In this document: piece by piece, positions 10,363 through 18,862 of the stretch
How positions within the stretch are numbered: position 1 is the stretch's first letter
Layout: every line of letters starts with the position of its first letter
Assembly: GCA_030586765.1 (NCBI GenBank)
Contig: JAUQZZ010000003.1
Location: forward strand, 1-31,824
Direction: 5' to 3'
Source of the DNA: Candidatus Brocadiales bacterium
GTDB lineage: Bacteria > Planctomycetota > Brocadiia > Brocadiales > Bathyanammoxibiaceae
Length of the DNA: 31,824 bases
Made by a program: the position numbers and the translations under genes
The notes under the pieces: generated by a model
Database searches by the model: none
Seen by the model: the letters and a program-made list of their open reading frames with translations, nothing else
What the model was told of the DNA's origin: nothing

Positions 10363-10390
10363 ATTATACATCATAACACCTTAAATGCAA
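10363..10390 (-). promoter_or_regulatory. Sigma70-type promoter for the MTH1187-family gene and ATPase operon
   Basis: Minus strand reads TTGCAT (10390-10385), a 16-nt spacer, then TATAAT (10368-10363), about 45 nt upstream of ATG 10312. Confidence 0.5.
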
Positions 10391-10428
10391 ACGTGTAGAT
10401 TCAGAGAAAGATTAATGGGTCTGAGGCC

Positions 10429-11421
10429 CTAGCAGGTGGGTACTGCAGATATAGAGGGGGTAGGCCTGGGTAATAAAGATGCCCTTTCCACAAGCTGAGG
10501 GACCACCTCTTCCCACTCTACGGCCATTATATGGATGCCCGCTACGCCCTCGATCTTCCTGAGTTTTTCTATTATCTCCAGGCAGATATCTATTCCTTCT
10601 GTCTTGGATTTCTTTTTTTCCATGCGGGCAATAATCTCATCAGGGACCTCTAGTCCTGGGACATTATTCTTCATATATCTTGCCATTCCCAGGGATTTGA
10701 GAGGTGTTACTCCTGCCAAGATAAAGGCCTTCTTGTGGAGGCCCATTGCCCTCACAGCGGTCATCCATTGGGCAAATCTCTCCACATTATAGACTATCTG
10801 GGTCTGGATAAACTCGGCTCCCGCTTCTATCTTTTTGGCGAGGCGCCGGGCCCTGAAGGCAAAGGGGTCGGCGAAGGGGTTTTCTGCGGCCCCAAGGAAG
10901 AACCTGGGTTCCACCTCTATCTTTGTCCCTGACTGGAGCCGTTTTTCATCCCGCATGGCCTTGACTACGGAGAGGAGCTGGATGGAGTCCAGGTCGAATA
11001 CAGGCTTAGCACCAGGGTGGTCACCAAACTTGGGGTGGTCGCCAGTGAGGCATAGGAGGTTTTTCATACCCAGGGCAGCGGCCCCGAGGAGGTCGCTCTG
11101 TAGGCCAATACGGTTGCGGTCCCGACAGGTCATCTGGATAACGGGTTCCAGGCCCATTTCCAGCAGTATAACCCCTGAAGCAATGCTGGACATCCGCACT
11201 ACAGAGGTTTGGCAGTCTGTGATATTAAAGGCATCAGCATAACCCCTCAAAATATTTGCCTTCCTCTCTACAGTCTCACGGGCGGCTCCCCTGGGAGGGC
11301 CCAACTCGGCGGTAACTACAAATTTGCCTTCCTTGAGGAGCCTCTCCAGATTACTGCCGCTCTTAAGACGGGAAGTCTCTTGTACCTCTGCGGAGGGTTT
11401 TGCTGTCTTTTCTTCGTCCAC
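10429..11421 (-). CDS. metF: Methylenetetrahydrofolate reductase, MetF (acetogen/anaerobe type)
   Basis: 330-aa ORF with a GTG start 3 nt after the metV stop. Contains FVVTAELGPPRG, FNITDCQTSVVRMSS and LCLTGDHP, typical of MTHFR TIM-barrel proteins. Confidence 0.9.
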   Translation of the reverse strand: MDEEKTAKPSAEVQETSRLKSGSNLERLLKEGKFVVTAELGPPRGAARETVERKANILRGYADAFNITDCQTSVVRMSSIASGVILLEMGLEPVIQMTCRDRNRIGLQSDLLGAAALGMKNLLCLTGDHPKFGDHPGAKPVFDLDSIQLLSVVKAMRDEKRLQSGTKIEVEPRFFLGAAENPFADPFAFRARRLAKKIEAGAEFIQTQIVYNVERFAQWMTAVRAMGLHKKAFILAGVTPLKSLGMARYMKNNVPGLEVPDEIIARMEKKKSKTEGIDICLEIIEKLRKIEGVAGIHIMAVEWEEVVPQLVERASLLPRPTPSISAVPTC

Positions 11422-11424
11422 GCG

Positions 11425-12111
11425 TTAAGATTCTTTTTTCTCTACCCTCAGGTGTTCCAGCACTAATCTGCCAGGGCGAACCGACCAGTCCTTGATAGGC
11501 ATTATTCTGTCCAGGGCCCCTAGGTTACCCCTTTGTTCCATGCGCTCGTATATCAGTTGCCACACGCAAGGCGTTTCCGGGGATACCTCGCAGTGGCCCC
11601 CCAGAGAGCCGCCGCACGGGCCGTTAAGCAGGCTCTTTGCACAGCGGCTAACGGGGCAGAGGCCACCTGTCTCTCCGATAATACAGTTACCACAGCCTAC
11701 GCAGCGTTCCCAATAAAGGCCTGGCTCAATCGTTGCCCCCATAAATACTGCATCTACTCCAGGAAACACCTCTAGCTCAGGGAATTTGTCTGCCAGGCAC
11801 TGTACCCCTACTCCACAAGCCAGGGATATAATTGCCTCACAATCCTTGAACCTTCCTTCTAGGGAATTTATAAACTCTGGCTCGCACTGCCTCAGTATGG
11901 TTTCCTCTTCTATCGTCAGGGGTTGCGAACCCCTTGTAAGGGCCTCCTTCTTTGCCCAGAGGCGCAGGAGGGCAGCCAGCTCTTGTACCTGCTTCTGACC
12001 TCCTACAGGGCGAACCGTCACACACCCACCACAGCCTACTATAGCTACCTTTTTTCGATTCCCTACGTATCGCTTTATATCCTCAAAGGATTTTGGCCTT
12101 GCTACAATCAT
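11425..12111 (-). CDS. metV: MetV (MTHFR C-terminal-domain-like, Cys-rich Fe-S/Zn subunit)
   Basis: 228-aa ORF containing IVGCGGC, LACGVGVQC and CVGCGNCIIGETGGLCPVSRCAKSLLNGPCGGSLGGHCE...PCVW. This is the Cys pattern of MetV proteins encoded next to metF in acetogens. Confidence 0.8.
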   Translation of the reverse strand: MIVARPKSFEDIKRYVGNRKKVAIVGCGGCVTVRPVGGQKQVQELAALLRLWAKKEALTRGSQPLTIEEETILRQCEPEFINSLEGRFKDCEAIISLACGVGVQCLADKFPELEVFPGVDAVFMGATIEPGLYWERCVGCGNCIIGETGGLCPVSRCAKSLLNGPCGGSLGGHCEVSPETPCVWQLIYERMEQRGNLGALDRIMPIKDWSVRPGRLVLEHLRVEKKES

Positions 12112-12130
12112 GGTCTTTCCTACCTTTTAT

Positions 12131-14182
12131 TTAGTTATGTGAAGAAACAGCACCTAGTTTCTTGAGTTCTTCGAGCATTCCCCCAAGTTTCCGTAAGAAT
12201 TGCTCCCTTGGGCTTGGGGAAAACCACTGGAGTCTCTGCCTTTCCATGCCCAGGGCTGCAATGTGTACTACCAGGTGGTCAAACCTTTTCTTGGCCCAGG
12301 AGTGTCCTTTCTGGAAGGGGCAATCCCCTGGGGAACAGGCCGCTACCACAACTCCATCCACCCCCATCTCAAAGGCCTTAAGGATAAGCAGCGGGTCTAT
12401 CTTCCCTACGCAGGAGACTTCCACTGCCCTTACATTTTCTCCTGCCTCATCCAGTACCTGACTTAGACCGGCGCAGTGGGGGTCGTACTGGCAGAGAAAT
12501 GTGATTATTCTGGGCCTGCCATCTTTAAGAGAGAAGGTCTGGAGGGCCCTTTCCAGGGCAATTCTACCCTGGTCTTCATACCTATCCTTGAGGGTAATGG
12601 CCCTGGCGGGACACTCAACTACGCATATTCCACAAGACTGGCAGTCAGGGCCTATCTTGGCCACCCTTTCTTCTTGAGATATTTCGGGCACATCGTAAGG
12701 GCATACCCTCACGCAGGTGAGGCAGGCCGCACAGAGCTCTGGGTCTACTACTGCACCCGCCCCGCAGTTCAAGCACCTCCGTGCCTCTGCCACGGCTAGT
12801 TGGTCACTATAGCCAAGCTCTACCTCTCCGAAGTCTCTCAGCCTGCTTTCCACAGGGAGAGTGGACATCCTCTCCCTGGGGGTCCTCTTGATGAGACTAA
12901 GCCTTTGGGGAGATAAGTCTTTTAGAGGCGAAGGTCTTTGGGGCATCACTGGTTTTTCTCCCCGGAGGTAGCTGTGTATAGCACGGGCTGCCCTCTTACC
13001 ATGTGCTACGGCCTCGATAAGGGTCCCACCTACCAGGACAGCGTCACCCCCTGCAAAGACACCTGGTCTGCTTGTAGCCATGGTTTCTTCGTCTACGCCA
13101 ATAAGGTCTTTAGGGGTTATGCGAATCCCTGCCTTACTAAAGGTATCAAGTTCGGGTGACTGCCCGATGGCCACTAGGACCTTATCTACTTCCAGGGTAA
13201 ATTCCGAACCAGGGATGGGTATGGGCCTTCTCCTACCGCTAGAATCTGGGTCTCCCAGCCGCATCCTTATACATTTGAGGGTCTCCACCTTGTTTTTACC
13301 AAGGATTTCTACAGGGGCAGCTAAAAGGAAGAATTTTATACCCTCTTCCTCTGCCTCTCTACGGCCTTCTTCCTCGCAGGGCATCTCCTCAAGAGACCTT
13401 CGGTATACAAGGCTTGCCTCCCTGGCACCTATTCGTAGGGCAGTACGGGCGGCATCCAGGGCTGTGTCACCCCCACCGATTATGGCAACCTTGTGGCCTA
13501 TCTTTACTCCTCCGCCAATGCTTATCTTACGGAAGAGTTCCAAGGCGGGTATTACCCCAGGAAGGTCCTCTCCAGGGATATTGAGCCTCGAGGGCCTGTG
13601 GGCCCCTATAGCTACAAAGACGGCCTTAAAACCTTCTTGGAAGAGAGAGTCTATAGGAAGGTCTTTACCAATCTTTACCCCTGTTCTTAGTTCTACACCC
13701 AGGGATAAGGTTTCGTTAATATCCTTGTCCAGAGATTGTCTAGGCAGGCGATAGCGTGGCACCCCCACAGAGAGCATCCCTCCTGGTTCCAGGAGTTCCT
13801 CGAAGATGACGCACTGGTATCCCATTAGGGCGAGGTCATTAGCGGCAGATAGCCCTGCGGGGCCAGCCCCTATTATGGCTATCTTCTCAGGATATTCTTG
13901 TGGAGGTTTTTCCTGGGGTAGGTCAAGGTCTTTATCGGCCAGGAAGCGTTTCAGCCACGCTATGGCTATAGGCTCATCTACTGCCGAGCGCCTGCAGGCC
14001 TCCTCACAGCGACGGGTACAAATCCTCCCGCAGGAGGCCGGAAAGGGGTTTTTTGACCTGACCAGTTGGAAGGCCTCTTCGAACCTGCCCCTGGCAATAA
14101 GCTGTACATAGTCCCTGGCGTCCTGATTTATGGCACAGGCCGCAATACAGGGAGCTTCCTCTATTATATTGGGATTGTCCAA
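12131..14182 (-). CDS. Mosaic oxidoreductase: GltD/NfnB-like Fe-S + FAD/NAD(P)H domains, 2x[4Fe-4S] ferredoxin, C-terminal MvhD domain
   Basis: 683-aa ORF with a TTG start and GGAG SD. It contains APCIAAC...SCGRICTRRCEEAC, two dinucleotide folds (IAIIGAGPAGL and VAIIGGGDTALD) and VFAGGD. It also contains CLNCGAG..CAACLTCVRVCP and CQSCGICVVECP, followed by FLCQYDPHC...SCVGKIDPLLILKAFEMGVDGVVVAACSPGDC, which is MvhD-like. Confidence 0.8.
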   Translation of the reverse strand: MDNPNIIEEAPCIAACAINQDARDYVQLIARGRFEEAFQLVRSKNPFPASCGRICTRRCEEACRRSAVDEPIAIAWLKRFLADKDLDLPQEKPPQEYPEKIAIIGAGPAGLSAANDLALMGYQCVIFEELLEPGGMLSVGVPRYRLPRQSLDKDINETLSLGVELRTGVKIGKDLPIDSLFQEGFKAVFVAIGAHRPSRLNIPGEDLPGVIPALELFRKISIGGGVKIGHKVAIIGGGDTALDAARTALRIGAREASLVYRRSLEEMPCEEEGRREAEEEGIKFFLLAAPVEILGKNKVETLKCIRMRLGDPDSSGRRRPIPIPGSEFTLEVDKVLVAIGQSPELDTFSKAGIRITPKDLIGVDEETMATSRPGVFAGGDAVLVGGTLIEAVAHGKRAARAIHSYLRGEKPVMPQRPSPLKDLSPQRLSLIKRTPRERMSTLPVESRLRDFGEVELGYSDQLAVAEARRCLNCGAGAVVDPELCAACLTCVRVCPYDVPEISQEERVAKIGPDCQSCGICVVECPARAITLKDRYEDQGRIALERALQTFSLKDGRPRIITFLCQYDPHCAGLSQVLDEAGENVRAVEVSCVGKIDPLLILKAFEMGVDGVVVAACSPGDCPFQKGHSWAKKRFDHLVVHIAALGMERQRLQWFSPSPREQFLRKLGGMLEELKKLGAVSSHN

Positions 14183-14242
14183 TCTTTCTCCTCGATATGC
14201 TGGGGAGGGTATATAAATAAAATATTAATAGATTCTACCTTA

Positions 14243-14269
14243 TATTTCCATATAAATTTGTTGGAAATA
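14243..14269. promoter_or_regulatory. Operator-like perfect inverted repeat TATTTCCA-N11-TGGAAATA
   Basis: An 8-bp arm at 14243-14250 is the exact reverse complement of 14262-14269. It lies 61-87 nt upstream of TTG 14182 in the AT-rich leader/promoter region of the mvhD-fusion/metVF operon. Confidence 0.35.
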
Positions 14270-14338
14270 GGGCCTTGAAGGGGAATGGACAGGCTCTAGA
14301 GGCAGGACCAGGCAGTTTTCCCAGAAAAAGAGGGGGGA

Positions 14339-14593
14339 CTAAGAAATACCAGTTAGACTAATGTAATAGGCAAATGCAGAGAGAACAAATATGCCACCAA
14401 CTGCAAAGAGTACCAGCGACCAGCGAAGATAAGGAATAAGAAATCTAAGGGCGCCAGTTATCTGAGCAGTATTGAGTTCCGCCCCAAGTGGTATATTCAG
14501 CTTTAAGACGGGATAAGCACCCACAAAACCAGCTATCAAGACCAATAGACCTCCCAAGAGACCCAAGACTTGTACCACGATTACCATGTTCAT
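14339..14593 (-). CDS. Hypothetical small integral membrane protein (84 aa, about 3 hydrophobic helices)
   Basis: ATG preceded by AAAGGAGG. The sequence is strongly hydrophobic (VIVVQVLGLLGGLLVLIAGFVGAY..., WSLVLFAVGGIFVLSAFAYYI). No family recognised. Confidence 0.55.
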   Translation of the reverse strand: MNMVIVVQVLGLLGGLLVLIAGFVGAYPVLKLNIPLGAELNTAQITGALRFLIPYLRWSLVLFAVGGIFVLSAFAYYISLTGIS

Positions 14594-14741
14594 CCTCCTT
14601 TAAGAGAAAAGGTTTGAGGGAGACTATTAAAACGTTACGAGAAGCAAAAAGAACTTTCCTGAAGAGGGATGGGCAGTCCAATCTTTAGAAAAGCATGATT
14701 GAGAGGATTATCCCCAACCCCCAGGGGATTAATGAGGCATA

Positions 14742-14770
14742 ACTATATTGCGAGGACTCTGTATTGTCAA
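14742..14770 (-). promoter_or_regulatory. Sigma70-type promoter, minus strand
   Basis: Minus strand reads TTGACA (14770-14765), a 17-nt spacer, then TATAGT (14747-14742). This implies a leader of about 140 nt before ATG 14593. Confidence 0.5.
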
Positions 14771-14854
14771 GGGAAAAGAATATTCTTTAGTGTAGCTTTT
14801 AGGTTGACCCACACGCATGAGATAATATTCCGTAGGGAATAATTGTAAAATGTT

Positions 14855-14883
14855 TTGACATGGGAGGTTAGCTTAATTAAAAT
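14855..14883 (+). promoter_or_regulatory. Sigma70-type promoter of nadB
   Basis: TTGACA (14855-14860), a 17-nt spacer, then TAAAAT (14878-14883). It overlaps the TTG at 14883 that opens the long ORF-track frame, which argues for the downstream ATG. Confidence 0.6.
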
Positions 14884-14921
14884 TGATTTTTGTAAGGTCG
14901 AGTCAATCCTGGGCTCAAAAG

Positions 14922-16538
14922 ATGGAAAGAATATCAGAGTTAAGAAGATACCTTGTAAGCCTTAATACGCGGCACCTTCCCCATATCGATACGGACGTGC
15001 TGGTTATCGGCAGTGGGGTGGCAGGGCTCTTGTCTGCAGTGGAGGCGGCCAGGGGTGGTCGGGTGCTAATAGTTTCTAAGGACAAGCTCGGGGAGAGCAA
15101 TACTATGCATGCCCAAGGGGGCATAGCAGCAGTGTTTGATACATCGGACAGCTTTGAGGAACATATAAAGGATACCCTAGAGGCAGGTCAGGGACTCTGC
15201 AATCCCAAAGTAGTAGAAGAGGTAATAAGAGAGGGACCAAGGAGGATTAGATGGCTTATGGAGCTGGGTACATCTTTTGACCACGAGGATGGGCATCTAG
15301 CCTTGACTAGGGAAGGTGGTCATAGTCACGCCAGGGTCATTCATGGCAAAGGCGACTCCACAGGAATGGTGGTGGAGGAGGCGTTGTTAGAGATAGTCAA
15401 GAGGAATTCCAGGATAAGCACCTTAGACCACTCCTTTGCCATAGACCTCCTGGCGGTGGAGGGGGCTTGTCGTGGTGCCCTTCTCTGGCACAGGCACAAA
15501 GGCAAGATAGTGGTATGGGCCAAGGAGACCATCCTGGCTACAGGTGGTTGTGGCCAACTCTATCGGGAGACCACCAATTCTCCTGTAGCTACTGGTGATG
15601 GCATAGCTATGGCCTACAGGGTGGGTGCGGTACTTGAGGATTTGGAGTTTGTGCAGTTTCATCCCACTACCCTTTATATTGCAGGGGCAGCCAGGGCCCT
15701 GATATCAGAGGCTGTTCGTGGAGAGGGGGGCATCTTGAGGAACAAAAAGGGGGAGCGCTTTATGCAAAGGTATCACCCCATGGCAGAACTCGCCCCAAGG
15801 GACATAGTCAGCCGAAGTGTACTCCACGAGATGCGGTCCACAGACTATACCCATGTGTACCTAGACGTGAGGCATATACCTAGAGAGAGGCTAATAGTAC
15901 GTTTTCCAAAGATATGGTCCATATGTGCCTCCTTTCACATAGATATATCCAGGGAGATGATACCTGTTAGGCCTAGTGCCCATTACATGATTGGAGGAAT
16001 AAAGGTAGGTGGCAGGGCCCATACTAATATCAGGCATCTTTATGCCTGTGGCGAGGCGGCCTCTACAGGACTTCACGGCGCCAACCGCCTTGGTAGTAAT
16101 TCCCTACTAGAGTGCCTTGTTTATGGCCATAGGGCTGGCAGGGAGGCTGCCGCTGGACTAAAGAAGACTAAAAGCAGGGCCCATGCTTATCCCATGGAGA
16201 TAGAGCTTGAGGTGGAAAAACTTAAAGGATTAGACCTGGAAGACATAAGGGAGTCCCTCAAAAGCCTTATGTGGAGGGATGTAGGAGTGGAAAGGGATAG
16301 AGAACACCTCAAGGATGCGGGAGAAAAGTTGGCTCAGTGGTCAGAATACGTTCTAAGCAAGGAATTTCACTCACCCCAGGGTTGGGAGCTACAGAATATG
16401 CTTACCCTAGCTAAGCTTATTACATTATCTGCCTTAGAGAGGGAGGAAACCAGGGGGGTTCACTACCGCAGCGATTTTACCAGCCGGGATGATACCCATT
16501 GGAAGAGGCATATCACCCTTCAGAATGCAAGGCCTTAG
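14922..16538 (+). CDS. nadB: L-aspartate oxidase
   Basis: Frame of ORF 14883..16538, with the start moved to ATG 14922. Contains FAD fold DVLVIGSGVAGL plus HAQGGIAA, HPT...LISEAVRGEGG and GLHGANRLGSNSLLE, typical of NadB and the succinate dehydrogenase flavoprotein family. The SD is weak, so the start is uncertain. Confidence 0.9.
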   Translation: MERISELRRYLVSLNTRHLPHIDTDVLVIGSGVAGLLSAVEAARGGRVLIVSKDKLGESNTMHAQGGIAAVFDTSDSFEEHIKDTLEAGQGLCNPKVVEEVIREGPRRIRWLMELGTSFDHEDGHLALTREGGHSHARVIHGKGDSTGMVVEEALLEIVKRNSRISTLDHSFAIDLLAVEGACRGALLWHRHKGKIVVWAKETILATGGCGQLYRETTNSPVATGDGIAMAYRVGAVLEDLEFVQFHPTTLYIAGAARALISEAVRGEGGILRNKKGERFMQRYHPMAELAPRDIVSRSVLHEMRSTDYTHVYLDVRHIPRERLIVRFPKIWSICASFHIDISREMIPVRPSAHYMIGGIKVGGRAHTNIRHLYACGEAASTGLHGANRLGSNSLLECLVYGHRAGREAAAGLKKTKSRAHAYPMEIELEVEKLKGLDLEDIRESLKSLMWRDVGVERDREHLKDAGEKLAQWSEYVLSKEFHSPQGWELQNMLTLAKLITLSALEREETRGVHYRSDFTSRDDTHWKRHITLQNARP

Positions 16539-16542
16539 ATTA

Positions 16543-17790
16543 TCATCCCTTATATCTACCTATTATAAGGGTGACGTTATGTCCACCGAAGCCAAAGGAG
16601 TTGGACATGGCAATATCCACTTTTACCTCCCTGGCCTTATTGGGGACAAAGTCTAGTCCACAGCAGGCAGGGTCTGGATTTTCGTAGTTTATGGTGGGGG
16701 GAATGACGTTTTCCTGGATGGCCAGGGCGCAGATGGCCAGTTCCACCCCTCCTGCGGCTCCCAGGAGATGTCCCATCATGGATTTTGTGGAGCTTATTGG
16801 TATCTTTTGGGCATAGGGACCAAAGACGGTGCTAATGGCTTTTGCCTCTATTTCGTCCCCCAAAGGGGTAGAAGTGGCATGGGCATTGATATAAGAGACA
16901 TTCTCTGGTGGGCACTGGGCATCGTGAAGGGCAGCACTCATGGAGGCAGCTGCCCCCTTTCCACTAGGTTCAGGGGCGGCCATGTGACAGCCATCGGCAC
17001 CCAGGCCGTAGCCTAACATTTCTGCGTATATGAAAGCATCCCTCTTCCTGGCGTGTTCCAGCTCCTCGAGGACTATCACCCCGGCCCCTTCGGCCAGGAC
17101 AAAACCATCCCTATCCCTGTCAAAGGGTCTTGAGGCCTTCTCCGGGTGGCTGTTTCTTGTGGAGAGGGCCTTCATGGAGCGGAAGGCCGCAACACCCAGG
17201 GGTGTTATAACAGCCTCACTTCCTCCCGCAATAACCACGTCTGCCTCCCCTCTCTGTATGAGCCTGAAGGCCTCTCCCAGGGCGTGGGCAGCGGTAGCGC
17301 AGGCGCTTACAACTCCTAGGTTAGGTCCATGCAGGCCGTAGTAAATGGCCACCTGGGCAGAGGCGGCATTAATCATCAGCTTTGTGATCATGAAGGGGGA
17401 GATTTTTGAGGGGCCACGTTCAAGGAGTATCCTGTGTTGGGCCTCTAGCTCCTGGAGGCCACCCATCCCTGAGCCAATGATGACTCCCACCTTGGTAGGG
17501 TCTTCCCTAGCCATGTCAAGGCTAGAGTCCTCCACTGCGATCCTGGAGGCAACAGAGGCAAACTGTGCAAAAGGGTCTAATCTGCGGGTCTGTTTTTGGT
17601 CGAACCAGAGGCTGGTATCAAAGCCTTGTATCTCGCCAGCAAAATGCACATCGTACTTGCTGGTGTCAAAGCCTGTAATCTTCTTTATACCGCTTTTTCC
17701 CTCACAGAGGGCAGACCAAAGGGTTTTCTTGTCGTGACCTAAGGGGGTAACAGTACCTAGACCAGTTATTACTACCCTTTGCCCCCGCAT
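16543..17790 (-). CDS. fabF: Beta-ketoacyl-ACP synthase II
   Basis: 415 aa. Begins [14 protein letters not shown], with active-site context [10 protein letters not shown] and the HATSTP / GHLLGAAG motifs. Follows acpP as in the canonical fab cluster. Confidence 0.95.
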   Translation of the reverse strand: MRGQRVVITGLGTVTPLGHDKKTLWSALCEGKSGIKKITGFDTSKYDVHFAGEIQGFDTSLWFDQKQTRRLDPFAQFASVASRIAVEDSSLDMAREDPTKVGVIIGSGMGGLQELEAQHRILLERGPSKISPFMITKLMINAASAQVAIYYGLHGPNLGVVSACATAAHALGEAFRLIQRGEADVVIAGGSEAVITPLGVAAFRSMKALSTRNSHPEKASRPFDRDRDGFVLAEGAGVIVLEELEHARKRDAFIYAEMLGYGLGADGCHMAAPEPSGKGAAASMSAALHDAQCPPENVSYINAHATSTPLGDEIEAKAISTVFGPYAQKIPISSTKSMMGHLLGAAGGVELAICALAIQENVIPPTINYENPDPACCGLDFVPNKAREVKVDIAMSNSFGFGGHNVTLIIGRYKG

Positions 17791-18026
17791 TTAGCTAAGC
17801 GCTCCTCAATGTAGCTGACAGCATTCCCCACGGTCTGTATCTTCTCTGCATCCTCATCGGGAATATTCATGTCGAAGGCATCCTCGAACTCCATGACCAG
17901 TTCTACTGTGTCTAGGGAGTCGGCCCCCAGGTCGTTGATGAAGGATGTCTGGGGGGTAATCTGCGAGGCACTTACCCCCATCTGCTTGCTCACCAGCTCA
18001 ACAACTCTTTCTTGAACGGACGGCAC
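17772..18026 (-). CDS. acpP: Acyl carrier protein
   Basis: 84 aa with a GTG start and a GGAGGA SD. Carries the phosphopantetheine site [16 protein letters not shown]. Its 3' end overlaps fabF by 19 nt. Confidence 0.95.
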   Translation of the reverse strand: MPSVQERVVELVSKQMGVSASQITPQTSFINDLGADSLDTVELVMEFEDAFDMNIPDEDAEKIQTVGNAVSYIEERLAKCGGKG

Positions 18027-18085
18027 GCCAGGTTCCTCCTTAAAACAAAATCCTCTATAAGGGAAAGTAGTCTATAAAGGACACT

Positions 18086-18114
18086 AATATAATAGAAGCA
18101 AGGTTACATGTCAA
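18086..18114 (-). promoter_or_regulatory. Internal sigma70-type promoter for acpP-fabF
   Basis: Minus strand reads TTGACA (18114-18109), a 17-nt spacer, then TATATT (18091-18086), in the 92-nt fabG-acpP gap. Confidence 0.5.
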
Positions 18115-18118
18115 GGTG

Positions 18119-18862
18119 CTACATCGCCAGTCCCCCATCAACATGGAGGACATGTCCCGTGATGTAGTCAGAATCGGGACTAGCTAGAAAGAGTACAGCC
18201 CTAGCCACCTCTTGGGGCAAGCCAAATCTTCCTAAGGGTATCTGTGGTAGGAGCGTCTCTTTTGTCTCTTCCTTTAGTTTACTAGTCATATCTGTGGTGA
18301 TAAAACCTGGGGCAATAGCATTGACCTGGATGCCCCGGGGGGCGAGTTCCTTAGCCACAGATTTTGTCAGCCCTATGATACCCGCTTTAGAGGCTGCGTA
18401 GTTTGACTGCCCTTTATTGCCAACCACCCCGGCAACGGAGGCAATATTTATTATCTTTCCTGACCTTTGTTTAATCATGTACCTGGAAACTATCTTAATG
18501 CCGAAGAAGGCCCCTTTCAAGTTTGTGTCCATGACCTGGTCCCATTCTTCCTCGGTCATCCTTATTATCAGATTATCTCTTGTAATGCCAGCGTTGTTAA
18601 CGAGGATGTCTATACGTCCAAGTCTTCCATAGATGTCCTCCACGACGGCTTCCAGTTCTTGAAACTTAGAGACATCAACTTTATAGGCCAGGGCCTCCCC
18701 CCCTTTTTTTCTGGCCTCTTCTGCCGTTTGTTTCACCAGTTCTTCATTACGGGCGAGACAAGCCGTCTTTGCTCCGGCCTCTGCCAGGGCCAGAGCGGTG
18801 TCTTTTCCTATCCCCCTAGAGGCACCTGTTACAATGGCTACTTTACTATCTAATAGAGGCAT
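18119..18862 (-). CDS. fabG: 3-oxoacyl-ACP reductase
   Basis: 247 aa with classical SDR motifs TGASRGIG, NNAG and YAASKAG, located in the fab cluster. Confidence 0.9.
   Translation of the reverse strand: MPLLDSKVAIVTGASRGIGKDTALALAEAGAKTACLARNEELVKQTAEEARKKGGEALAYKVDVSKFQELEAVVEDIYGRLGRIDILVNNAGITRDNLIIRMTEEEWDQVMDTNLKGAFFGIKIVSRYMIKQRSGKIINIASVAGVVGNKGQSNYAASKAGIIGLTKSVAKELAPRGIQVNAIAPGFITTDMTSKLKEETKETLLPQIPLGRFGLPQEVARAVLFLASPDSDYITGHVLHVDGGLAM

Noticed and set aside
13080-13754. 224-aa plus-strand ORF
   Set aside because: It is antisense to the well-supported flavoprotein::MvhD gene. Its product is S/R/P-rich and low in complexity with no motifs or SD. This is the typical shadow frame of a GC-balanced coding region.
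14708-14716. DnaA-box-like TTATCCCCA
   Set aside because: It is a single one-mismatch box with no clustered repeats or adjacent AT-rich unwinding element, so there is no evidence for an origin.
14883-14921. Upstream-extended starts given by the ORF track: nadB TTG 14883, MBL TTG 25356, ykgJ-like GTG 26248, rpmF TTG 22155 and ribE ATG 28130
   Set aside because: Each extension overlaps a consensus promoter or the preceding gene and adds a non-homologous N-terminus. Downstream ATGs with better SD or context were preferred, though nadB and MBL lack a clear SD and their starts remain uncertain.
17772-17790. 19-nt acpP/fabF overlap with a C-terminal AKCGGKG tail on ACP, considered as a possible frameshift or mis-annotation
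   Set aside because: Both frames are intact and both N-termini are canonical (fabF begins [12 protein letters not shown]). A plain overlap is the simplest reading.
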